64,000 nucleotides of DNA from Thermoanaerobaculia bacterium (GTDB taxonomy: Bacteria > Acidobacteriota > Thermoanaerobaculia > Multivoradales > Multivoraceae). The position numbers and the translations under genes are program-made. Below, piece by piece: positions 52,576 to 61,351 of the stretch. Numbering within the stretch: position 1 is the stretch's first letter; every line of letters starts with the position of its first letter. Below the pieces are notes generated by a model. The model saw nothing but the letters and a program-made list of their open reading frames with translations. It had not been told where the DNA came from and ran no database searches. The stretch covers positions 3,552,001 to 3,616,000 of the forward strand of contig OY762911.1 of the NCBI GenBank assembly GCA_963666565.1, read 5' to 3'.

Positions 52576-53835
52576 CTACGACGTCACGCCGAAGACCGGC
52601 AGCGCCTCGAACTCGCCCTTGAGGACAGCCGACGCGTCGTCCATGCCCATCCAGCCCTCGATCATCGACGCGTAGACGCGCCGGAAGTCGGTCGTCATCT
52701 TCAGGTTGCCGTCGTCGAGGTCGGTGAGGCTCGGGGTCTCGCCGTGGAAGCCGCCGGCGACGCCCTTGCCGGCGACGAACATGGGGCCGGCGGTGCCGTG
52801 GTCGGTGCCGAGGCTCGCGTTCTCCTCCACGCGGCGGCCGAACTCGGTGAACATGAGGACGGCCACGTCGTCGGCGCGGCCGATGCGCTCGATGTCGCGC
52901 ACGAAGCCGGCGACGGCGTCGGACATGTACATCAGCAGCCGGGCGTGGGTGTCGGCCTGGTGGACGTGGGTGTCGAAGGAGTTGCCGCGGAAGCTGACGT
53001 AGTAGATGCGCGTCGGCAGTTCGGCCTCGATCAGGGCCGCGACCTTGCGCAGGTCAGCGCCGAGCCCGCCGATGCCGTAGTCGACCGGCGTCCGGTAGCC
53101 GGAACAGGCGTCGCGGACCAGCGCCGCGCTGGAAGCGGCGTTGGCGGCGGTGCCGCGCAGGAAGTCGAGGGCGTCGTTGCCGCTCGCCTCGTCCGTGCCG
53201 AGCCGGCCGAGCGCCTGCTTCTCGCCCGGCGTGCCGCGGCGCCGGAGGCGGCCCGGGTCGTCGAACACGAGCGGCGAGTGCCGGGCGGCACGCACCGCCA
53301 GGGACTGCGAGCTGGCCACGTTGACGATGTAGTTCGGGGTGCCGTCCGGCCCGTGGTCGTCGGCGAGGCGGCCGAGCCAGCCGAGCGGCTCGCCGCCGTT
53401 CGGCACGCCGGTGTGCCAGAAGCCCATCGACGAGAAGTGGGACAGGCTCGGGTTCGGGTAGCCACAGCCCTCGACGACGGCCAGGTTGCCGTCCTTGTAC
53501 AGGCGCTCCATGCCGACGAGCGACGGGTGAAAGCCCGCTTCCTCGGTGAGGGCGATGGCGCGCTTGCGGCGGATGCCCAGGTTCGGGCGCACGCGGTAGT
53601 ACTCGTCGTTGCGGAAGGGGACGACCGTGTTCAGGCCGTCGTTGCCGCCGGAGAGTTCGACGACGACCAGGATGCGCCGCGAGGCGTCCGGCACGCCGGT
53701 CCGCAGTTCTTCGAGGGCCAGCGCCGCGGACGTGCGGCCGAGCACCGCCGGGAGGCCGGCGGCGACGCCGAGGCCCAGGAGGCCGCGGTGCAGGAAGTCG
53801 CGCCGCGAGCAGCCGCAGGAAAGTCGTTCAGGCAT
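52576..53835 (-). CDS. DUF1501 family Tat-exported protein
   Basis: SRRDFL, LSGGNDGLN, SHF, FDTH, EFGR, GTDHG motifs. Confidence 0.9.
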   Translation of the reverse strand: MPERLSCGCSRRDFLHRGLLGLGVAAGLPAVLGRTSAALALEELRTGVPDASRRILVVVELSGGNDGLNTVVPFRNDEYYRVRPNLGIRRKRAIALTEEAGFHPSLVGMERLYKDGNLAVVEGCGYPNPSLSHFSSMGFWHTGVPNGGEPLGWLGRLADDHGPDGTPNYIVNVASSQSLAVRAARHSPLVFDDPGRLRRRGTPGEKQALGRLGTDEASGNDALDFLRGTAANAASSAALVRDACSGYRTPVDYGIGGLGADLRKVAALIEAELPTRIYYVSFRGNSFDTHVHQADTHARLLMYMSDAVAGFVRDIERIGRADDVAVLMFTEFGRRVEENASLGTDHGTAGPMFVAGKGVAGGFHGETPSLTDLDDGNLKMTTDFRRVYASMIEGWMGMDDASAVLKGEFEALPVFGVTS

Positions 53836-53877
53836 GTCGGCTCCTTCTTCCGGCGCCCGAACGGTCGGCCGCCGAAT

Positions 53878-53901
53878 GCGGGCATGGATGCCCGGGTTCC
53901 C
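53878..53901 (-). repeat. REP-like hairpin variant
   Basis: Minus strand GGGAACCCGGGCATCCATGCCCGC: same tail + hairpin layout as family A, different sequence. Confidence 0.4.
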
Positions 53902-53930
53902 GGAAGTGGATCTCTCTGTCGCGCACGCTG

Positions 53931-55793
53931 CTAGCCCAACTGGTACTCCGGCGAACTGAACACGAGGTAGAGCGTCGAGCGAAGCGCCGTCTCGACCTTC
54001 GCTCGCGCCTCCGGCGCCTCCGCGTCGAGGCCGGTCGTGTCCAGTTCCCGCTCCAGGTGCCGCACGAGCGCCGCGCGCCCTCGGCCCGTCAGCGGAACGC
54101 GCAGGAACCAGTGCAGCAGGTGGTCTACCGCTCCCTCGGCGTCGGCGGCGCCGGAAGCCAGCACCATGGCCCGGACGTCGACGTCGAGAGCGTGGCGCGG
54201 CACGAGCTTGACCCGTTCGTAGGCCACCACGTAGCCGCGATAGCCGCCGTAGCGGGTGTTGTACTCCTCGTCCGCGTCGGCCATCGCGTTGGACGCGGCG
54301 TCGCCCTGCCGGGTGGCGGCGGTGATCGTCATCCCCTTCGCCAGCCGCTCGCCGACCTGCCGGTAGATGCCGGGCATCCGCCGATCCGGGTGCCCGAACT
54401 TCTCGACGATCGGCGGAAAGAGGACGGAGCGCATCGCGTTGCCGCGCTCCAGCAGGGTCGCCGGCGTGATCCAGGTCCGGCCGCCCGCCCAGCCGGCCAC
54501 GTTCGGCGGATAGAACAGTTGCTGGCCGAGGCCGCCGGCGAGGCTGTTCATGTCCGGGACGGTCGGCGCGGTCTCGACGCCGAACTTGCGGTAGGTCGAG
54601 ACGAACAGAGCGACCGGACTCTTGATCCGGGTGCCGACAGACGGCGGGCTGTAGAAGTCGCGCGAGGACAGGATCGTCCGCAGCAGCGCCTTCAGTTCGT
54701 AGCCCGATTCGCGCAGGCGGCGGCCGAGCTCGGCCTGGAGCGCCGGGTCGAGATCCTCCCGCACGAGGTAGCGGTAGACCTTGCCGGCGATGAACTCGCC
54801 GGTCGCCGGCTGCTCGAGAACGATGTCGAGCACTTCCTCGCCGCCCAGGTTGCCCTCATGCCCCAGGAAGGTCTTCGGGCCGTCGTCGTGGAGCTCGGCG
54901 TCGAACCGGAAGTCGAGCACGTCGTTGGTCCAGCCGGTGAACGCCCGCGACGCCTCGCGGATGTCCCGCTCGGTGTAGTTGCGCGCGTTCTCCAGGTTGT
55001 CCTGGCCCATCGTGAACAGCTCAAGCAGCTCGCGGCCGAAGTTCTCGTTCGGGTGGTCCTTCACGTTCTCCCGGTTGTCGAGGTAGACGAGCATCGCCGG
55101 ATCGCGCATGACGGCGAGCACCAGGCTCTTGAAGTCGGCGGTTGCGTGGGCGCGCAGGGTCCGGTTCTGCAGGTGCATCTTGCGGGCGTCGCGGACCTTG
55201 ACCTCGGAGGTCGCGAAGTGGTCGTGCCAGAAGAGGGTCATCTTCTCTTCGAGCGGCCGCGGGGTCGCGACCATCCGGTCGGCCCACCACAGGGCCAGCC
55301 GCCTCGTCTCCGCCACGTTGCTGCGCAGTCCGTAGAAGAACTTGTCGACCACCGGCTGGAGCGGCCGCGACGAACCTTCGGGAAGAACGTCGACGCCCAG
55401 CGCCCGACCGTGCCGCCGCGCCTGCCGCACCGCCGCGGCCCGGCTGGGCGGGAACGGGTCCATGCCGGGGTCCCAGATCCCCGATTCGTCGAACGGCGCA
55501 AGCGCCGAGTCGTCGATCGCCTCGTAGTCGACGAGCCTGGCGACGGCGCCCGCAAGTCCGAGCGCAACGAGGCCCTCGATCTCCGCCGGCGTGCCGCCGA
55601 AACCGGCGCGCTCCAGCAGATGCGCCGCCTGCTCGTAGCCGAAGTCGGACTCCGCCAGGGGCGAGAGGTCGCCGACCCAGGGGTGAGCGGCGGAGTCGTC
55701 CGGCGCGCCCGCCGCCGACGGCGACGCCCCAAGGCAAAGCGCGACCACCCCGGCAGCCGCCGCGCGGTTCGCTCGAAGGACGCGATGCTTCAA
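53931..55793 (-). CDS. DUF1800 family protein
   Basis: HLLERAGFG, EKMTLFWHDHF, NENFGRELLELFTMG, PPNVAGW, SPEYQL motifs; TTG start approximate. Confidence 0.9.
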   Translation of the reverse strand: MKHRVLRANRAAAAGVVALCLGASPSAAGAPDDSAAHPWVGDLSPLAESDFGYEQAAHLLERAGFGGTPAEIEGLVALGLAGAVARLVDYEAIDDSALAPFDESGIWDPGMDPFPPSRAAAVRQARRHGRALGVDVLPEGSSRPLQPVVDKFFYGLRSNVAETRRLALWWADRMVATPRPLEEKMTLFWHDHFATSEVKVRDARKMHLQNRTLRAHATADFKSLVLAVMRDPAMLVYLDNRENVKDHPNENFGRELLELFTMGQDNLENARNYTERDIREASRAFTGWTNDVLDFRFDAELHDDGPKTFLGHEGNLGGEEVLDIVLEQPATGEFIAGKVYRYLVREDLDPALQAELGRRLRESGYELKALLRTILSSRDFYSPPSVGTRIKSPVALFVSTYRKFGVETAPTVPDMNSLAGGLGQQLFYPPNVAGWAGGRTWITPATLLERGNAMRSVLFPPIVEKFGHPDRRMPGIYRQVGERLAKGMTITAATRQGDAASNAMADADEEYNTRYGGYRGYVVAYERVKLVPRHALDVDVRAMVLASGAADAEGAVDHLLHWFLRVPLTGRGRAALVRHLERELDTTGLDAEAPEARAKVETALRSTLYLVFSSPEYQLG

Positions 55794-55893
55794 CAGGTTG
55801 TCCCCTGGTTGATACTGGAGGAAGAGACGGCGCCGATCATACCGTCGAAGTCCGGCCGGCGGCGGGACGCGGGAGCGGCGCCGGCCTTCCGCT

Positions 55894-56104
55894 GGGTGCG
55901 CGGGTCTTCCGACCCGCCCACAGGCGGCACCGCGAAGCGGTGCAGCCCGGACGACAGGACCGCCGGCCGCAGGCAGGCGACCGCACCAACCGCGGCGCCA
56001 GCTCCAGCAGAGCCAGCCCGACGGCCGGCGCGACTTCCTGGCCGCCTTCGGCGGCAGCGGGTCGGAAGACCCGCGCACCCAGCGGTCAGAGGATCCGCGC
56101 GCCC
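55894..56104. repeat. Palindromic element family A (long variant) plus degenerate extra end
   Basis: Terminal repeats at 55894-55917 and 56057-56080, degenerate copy extending to 56104. Confidence 0.88.
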
Positions 56105-56140
56105 AACGGACGGCTCGCGGTCCGCTGGAGCGAAGGCCGT

Positions 56141-57172
56141 TCAGGAATGCCCGAGCGACAGCAGGTTCTCGACCGGCTGATACAGCTCCTCCAGGTACTC
56201 GACGTCGGCCGCGTCGAGTTCGATCGCGGTCGCCTCGACGAGTTGCTCGATCTGGGAGGTCTTCGACACGCCGACGACCGGCGACGTGACCTCGGGCTTG
56301 TTCGTCAGCCACGCGAGCGAGATCTGGGCCGGCGTGCGGCCGTACTTCTCGGCCACTTCGACGACCCGGTCGGCGATCTCGAAGGTGGCGGCGCCGCGAT
56401 AGAGCATCTCCGTGCGCGCTCGGTCGCCGCCCTTCGAGCGGTCCGTGCCGCCTTCGTCGAAGCTGCCCCGGTAGGAGCCGGTCAGGATGCCGCGCGCCAG
56501 CGGCGACCAGGGCGTCAGCGCCACGCCGGTCCGGGCGCAGTACGGGTTCATCTCCCGCTCTTCCTCGCGGTAGACGAGGTTGTAGTGGTTCTGCATCGAC
56601 ACGAACTCGGTCCAGCCGTTCTGCCGCGCCGTCATCTGGAGTTCCGTGAACTGCCACGCGAACATGGACGAAGCGCCTAGGTAAAGCGCCTTGCCGGCCT
56701 TCACCACGTCGTGCAGGGCCTCCAGCGTCTCCTCGATCGGCGCCTGGACCTGGCCCGGGATGCCGTGCGGATGCCGGTGGATGATCAACTGGTCGACGTA
56801 GTCGAGGCCCAGCCGCTCCAGGCAGCCGTCGACGCCTTCCATGACGTGCTTGCGGGACAATCCGCCCTGGTTCGGCGACCGTCCCATCGGCATGGAGACC
56901 TTGGTCGAGATCACGTACTCGTCGCGCGGCAGCAGCTCGCGCAGGAGCGAACCCACAACCCGTTCGCAGGCGCCGATCCCGTAGATGTCCGCGCAGTCGA
57001 AGTAGAAGAGGCCGCGCTCGATGGCGGCCTGGAAGATCGGCCGGGATTCGTCGATGTCGAGCGTCCAGTCGCCCTGGTGGCCCCGGCCCGGCTCGCCGAA
57101 GTTCATCGTCCCCAGGCAGAGCTCCGAAACCCGGAGCCCGCACTTCTCGCCCAACTGAACCGCCTTCAACAC
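56141..57172 (-). CDS. Aldo/keto reductase
   Basis: LCLGTMNFG, DCADIYG, ISTK, QNHYNL, WSPLARG motifs; GGGAGG RBS before GTG. Confidence 0.93.
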   Translation of the reverse strand: MLKAVQLGEKCGLRVSELCLGTMNFGEPGRGHQGDWTLDIDESRPIFQAAIERGLFYFDCADIYGIGACERVVGSLLRELLPRDEYVISTKVSMPMGRSPNQGGLSRKHVMEGVDGCLERLGLDYVDQLIIHRHPHGIPGQVQAPIEETLEALHDVVKAGKALYLGASSMFAWQFTELQMTARQNGWTEFVSMQNHYNLVYREEEREMNPYCARTGVALTPWSPLARGILTGSYRGSFDEGGTDRSKGGDRARTEMLYRGAATFEIADRVVEVAEKYGRTPAQISLAWLTNKPEVTSPVVGVSKTSQIEQLVEATAIELDAADVEYLEELYQPVENLLSLGHS

Positions 57173-57349
57173 GTTGCCGCCTCCCCTCTTGAAGCCGCGC
57201 GATGATAGCGGCCGGCGGCTATCCGCGACCTCCCCTTCGCCGACCCGCATGGTCGAGTCGATGGGCGGCTACCTGCCGCCGGCACCGGCCGGGTGCGGCA
57301 GTCTCGCGTTCGTAGCGGGTACCCGCGCCACCAAGCCGTCCCGGCGGCG

Positions 57350-60300
57350 CTATGGGCCGGCGGAACATGGGAAGGCGGTCACGTCCAGGTTCGTCGCGAA
57401 GGGCGAACCCTCGGCGCTCATGTAACTCCTGGCCGCGCCGCCCGGCGCCGTGTCCCGCACCGCGATCTCGACGCCCACGTCGGTCAGGCCGCCCATCACG
57501 ACCCAGCGGTGGCCGTTCAGGGCGCAGCCGTCGAGGACCTTGACCACGAGTTCGACGTTGTCCGGCGAGAAGAACCAGAACATCCCCGTGTCGGCGGTGC
57601 GCGGGATGCCGGCGGCGACGCCGCTCTCCTCGCCCGCCCGCCAGTTCGCGCGCACCTCGTAGCGGCCGTCCTGCAGGCAGAGCGACCTGCCGTCCGCGCC
57701 GCAGTTCGCCGTCGCGCCGCCGCCGTGGGATCCGGCAACGAGCTGCGCCGGGCCGTCCCGCAGCGCTTCCCCGAACCGGCCGAGCGGGGCGCCGCTCAGG
57801 ACGTGCGCGCGCGCCCCGCCAGCGCCAGCGTCGCAGGTGGCAAAGGCCTCCTGGTCGACTATCGGTCCGAAGGTGTCGCCGGCGGCGCTGGTCCAGCTCT
57901 TCTCGACGTTCGAGGTCGGAACGCCGGCGTACGGACTGCCGGAACGGAGATCGCGCACCGTCATCGTCACGGCGACGTCGGTCAGGCCGACGGCGTAGAC
58001 CCAGTAGTGGCCGTTGACCGCGCAGCCGTCGAGGACCTTCGCCACGACTTCGATGTTCGCCGGGTGGAAGAACCAGAAGTCGCCGGTGCGCCCGGTCAGC
58101 CGCTCCGCCATGCCGCGTCCGGCCGAACCGGCGCCGTCGTCCCACGCGACCTCGACCTGGAACCGGCCGAGGCAGAGGACGTCGCCCTCGTCGCAACGGG
58201 CCGTCTCCGATGTCCAGGTGGTCGCGGCGGCCTTCGGCGTACGCTCGGAGTGAAGCACGCCGTTGCGGGCCTCGACCGCGAAGCGGTAGGTGACGTTCGG
58301 CACCAGTTCGTTCACGATCGTCGACGTGCGGTTCGCCGGCGCCGTCCCGATCAGGCGCAGCTTGGAGTCTCCCGGCCCCTGCTGGAAGATCGCGAACGAC
58401 CTTTCCGTGACCGAGTTGTCGCGCCATCGCAACTCGATCTCCGTCCCGCTCAGCGCGGTGGCGACGAGGTCCGAGGGCGCCTTCGGAGGGGCGAACGCCT
58501 GGTCGATCTCGATCGCGTCGTCGTCGGGGCTCGGGTCCATGGCGACGCTGCCGACCGTGGCCCTGAACCGGAGCATCGCCTCGCCCGCCGCGGCGGCCTC
58601 GACGTCGATCGTGAAGTCGGCCGAACGGCCAACCGCGATGTCGCCCAGCGTGCACTCCGGCACGCCGTCGGGGTCCTCCTCGCAGCCGTAGGTCGAGGTC
58701 TCGAGCGACGTGAGCCCGGCCGAGAACGAACTCGTCACCACGACTTCGCGGGCGAGATCCGGGCCGGCGTTCTCGACCTTGACCGTGTACTGGAAGCGGC
58801 CCGGCGCCACGATCCGGCTGCTGGCCCGAAGACGCAGATCCGCCGTCCCGCCGGGCTCGTCGAATCCGCCGTCGGCGGCCAGGTCTTCGATGCCCTTCGG
58901 GCAGACCGAACTGCCGCGGTCCGTCTTCCAGAGGTAGACCACGAGGCCGTCGTGGTCCGAGGACGCCAGGGCGTTCGTCGCGGTGTTGCGGTTCAGGCCG
59001 GCGGCGTCCACGTTGCCGCGCCCGAACTGCATCTCGACCACGTGCCGCGACATCGCCGGGTTGACGAGGGCGTGGTCGAGCGCCTGAGCGTTGCCCTGGA
59101 AGATGTGCGAGTAGCGGTCCGTGGCCGGTAGGCCGTCGACCAGGTTGCACAGGTTCGGATCGACGAGGTCCGGCCCGGAGATCTGGTTCCGGCCCGGCTT
59201 CACGTTGCCCTTGATCTGGTTCACGACGTCGACGTAGCCGTCGGTGAACTCGAAGCCGTTGAAGTCGCCGACGACGATCACCTTCGAGCCCTTGTCGCTC
59301 TCCTGCTGCACCAGCTTCGCCACGGACTGCGCCTGCGCCAAGCGCTTGGTTCGCACCCATTCGCCCCTGGCCGCGTCGTCGATGTCGATGCGGGAGCGGT
59401 TGTGGACATCGATGACGGTGAAGTCGAAGTCGCCGACGGACAGCTCGATGTAGATCGGCAGCCGGTCGTGGACGGGATCGTTCGAGTTGTCCCTGGGATC
59501 GACGAAGGTCTCCCCGGACCCGTGTTCCTTTGGGAAGCCCGTCTCGACCGAGACGCCCGAGCGCACCAGGAAGCCGACCGCCTGACTGTTCGCCGTCTGC
59601 TTGACGTAGGCGGTGTAGACGACGCCGGAGTCGTCCGTCTTGATCTCGTTCGCCAGCTTGGTGAGCGCCGCCTGCTGGTAGACCTCCTGGACGCCGATGA
59701 CGTCCGGTGCGCCAAGCACCTGCCGGATGTACAGCGACAGCTTGTCGTACTTCGTGTCGTTCGAGGTCTCCCGGAGGTTCAGCAGGTTGAGCGAGGCCAC
59801 CGTGACCTCGCCGGTTGCCTTGGCACGCACTGCCTGCGGCAGGACCATGCCTCCACCAAGCGACGTCAGTTCGGTGGCCCACAGTTCATAGCCGCCGTAC
59901 TCGTAGCCGAGCACGCCGGTGGCGGAGAACCCCGTTCCCGGCGCCCAGGAGACGTTGGTCAGTCCGAGCTTGTCGGGGTCGAGCTCGAACACCTCGGGGT
60001 TGCCGTCCCACACGGGAATCCCCGGCCGGCCGCTCACGCCCGGATACCGGGCGCCCGGTTCGCGAAACGCGCGTCCGGAACTCGGCCTGACGTACATCTC
60101 CGCGGTGTTGTCCGAACCGAAGTACTGGCTGCCGGTCGTCACCGTTCCACTCGCGATCCGGATCCGCATGCCCTCGTAGCACTCGGGCTCCATGGCGCAG
60201 TTCGCCGAAGCCGGGTTCGGGGCGGGACGACTCGCGTTGAACTCCACCGGCGCCGGCACCGTCTGGTTGCTGGCGTCGACCGTGACCGTGGCGCCGGACT

Positions 60301-61177
60301 TGAAGCGGGTGAAGGCGAAGTACTCCTCTACTTCGCCGGCCACGTCGACCTGGTCGCCGACGGCGACGGTGGGCGAGCCGGCATGGACGACGAAGATGCC
60401 GTCCGAGGTGTCCGCCTTGTTGTCGCTGCGGGAAGCGGGCGTCTGCATGAAGAAGCCGCCGGCGCCGACCGCGGTCACGATGTTGTCGTTCGTCGTCACC
60501 TTCGAGGAGCGCACGTACGGGCTGGACGCGCCGCTGCCCTGGATCTGCCAGATCTCGCCGGTGAAGGCCGGCAGGATGCGGCAGTCGCTGTTCTCGGCGC
60601 CCGGCGTGCCCTTGTCGCCGCTGCCGTAGGTGGCCGTCGACACGCACCAATTGGCGCCCACGCTGTTGTCCAGGGGCGACTTTCCCCTCTCGAACTTGAG
60701 CGCCGCGGAAGCGCCGTTGGCGTCCGGGAACGTCGCACCGTTGTCGTACTCGACGCGATCCTGTACAACGTTCGAGGCGTTCAGCAGGATGATCTTGTCC
60801 GAGCTGTTGCCCAGGAAGAAGTTGCTGTACTGGTAGTCGACCGTCACCCCGCCGTTAGTGGAGGAGTTGCTGTTGACTCCGAGGACCAGGTACCCCTTCG
60901 CGGCGATGACCAGGGTGCCGCCGGTTGCGGAGATCGTGTGGTCGCCGGTCAACGTCGCGTCGTCGTCGAGCTTCCAGCCGTTGATGTCGACCGCCGTAGT
61001 GCCGGCGTTGTAGAGCTCGAACCACTCTCCCATGTTGTCGTTCACCGCGGCGGGATTCTGGATGAACTCGTTGATCACGATCTGCCCGTGGCTGGCCAGC
61101 GGCCACGCCAGCAGGCCTGCGAACGCGCACGTCGCCAAGCGACGGCGACGGCGATGGTCGGAACCGCAGGTCTGCAT
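57350..61177 (-). CDS. Large secreted ExeM/NucH-like nuclease: lamin-tail, OB, EEP nuclease, Ig-like, FN3 and two C-terminal repeats
   Basis: INEF..NP...EWFELYN, IWQIQGSG, GVQEV, VGDFN, LDHAL, SDHD motifs; duplicated FWFF...KVLDGC..NGH.WV...LTDV domain. Confidence 0.88.
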   Translation of the reverse strand: MQTCGSDHRRRRRLATCAFAGLLAWPLASHGQIVINEFIQNPAAVNDNMGEWFELYNAGTTAVDINGWKLDDDATLTGDHTISATGGTLVIAAKGYLVLGVNSNSSTNGGVTVDYQYSNFFLGNSSDKIILLNASNVVQDRVEYDNGATFPDANGASAALKFERGKSPLDNSVGANWCVSTATYGSGDKGTPGAENSDCRILPAFTGEIWQIQGSGASSPYVRSSKVTTNDNIVTAVGAGGFFMQTPASRSDNKADTSDGIFVVHAGSPTVAVGDQVDVAGEVEEYFAFTRFKSGATVTVDASNQTVPAPVEFNASRPAPNPASANCAMEPECYEGMRIRIASGTVTTGSQYFGSDNTAEMYVRPSSGRAFREPGARYPGVSGRPGIPVWDGNPEVFELDPDKLGLTNVSWAPGTGFSATGVLGYEYGGYELWATELTSLGGGMVLPQAVRAKATGEVTVASLNLLNLRETSNDTKYDKLSLYIRQVLGAPDVIGVQEVYQQAALTKLANEIKTDDSGVVYTAYVKQTANSQAVGFLVRSGVSVETGFPKEHGSGETFVDPRDNSNDPVHDRLPIYIELSVGDFDFTVIDVHNRSRIDIDDAARGEWVRTKRLAQAQSVAKLVQQESDKGSKVIVVGDFNGFEFTDGYVDVVNQIKGNVKPGRNQISGPDLVDPNLCNLVDGLPATDRYSHIFQGNAQALDHALVNPAMSRHVVEMQFGRGNVDAAGLNRNTATNALASSDHDGLVVYLWKTDRGSSVCPKGIEDLAADGGFDEPGGTADLRLRASSRIVAPGRFQYTVKVENAGPDLAREVVVTSSFSAGLTSLETSTYGCEEDPDGVPECTLGDIAVGRSADFTIDVEAAAAGEAMLRFRATVGSVAMDPSPDDDAIEIDQAFAPPKAPSDLVATALSGTEIELRWRDNSVTERSFAIFQQGPGDSKLRLIGTAPANRTSTIVNELVPNVTYRFAVEARNGVLHSERTPKAAATTWTSETARCDEGDVLCLGRFQVEVAWDDGAGSAGRGMAERLTGRTGDFWFFHPANIEVVAKVLDGCAVNGHYWVYAVGLTDVAVTMTVRDLRSGSPYAGVPTSNVEKSWTSAAGDTFGPIVDQEAFATCDAGAGGARAHVLSGAPLGRFGEALRDGPAQLVAGSHGGGATANCGADGRSLCLQDGRYEVRANWRAGEESGVAAGIPRTADTGMFWFFSPDNVELVVKVLDGCALNGHRWVVMGGLTDVGVEIAVRDTAPGGAARSYMSAEGSPFATNLDVTAFPCSAGP

Positions 61178-61278
61178 GGGGATCCCCTCCTGAGTCGACC
61201 GCTGCCCGCTCCCCGAACCGGAGCGGAGGCAACGCTCCGGGGACGGTCAGCGAAGGTTGCCGACCACTATAGCCGCAG

Positions 61279-61300
61279 ATCGTCAAGAGAACTTGACGAT
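61279..61300. promoter_or_regulatory. Perfect palindrome, candidate operator upstream of the nuclease gene
   Basis: ATCGTCAAG-AGAA-CTTGACGAT, next to a minus-strand TATAGT at 61266-61271. Confidence 0.5.
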
Positions 61301-61351
61301 TCTCCGGATTGCATTACGACTTCGCGGCCGAGTCGGCGCCGCCGGCCCGAC

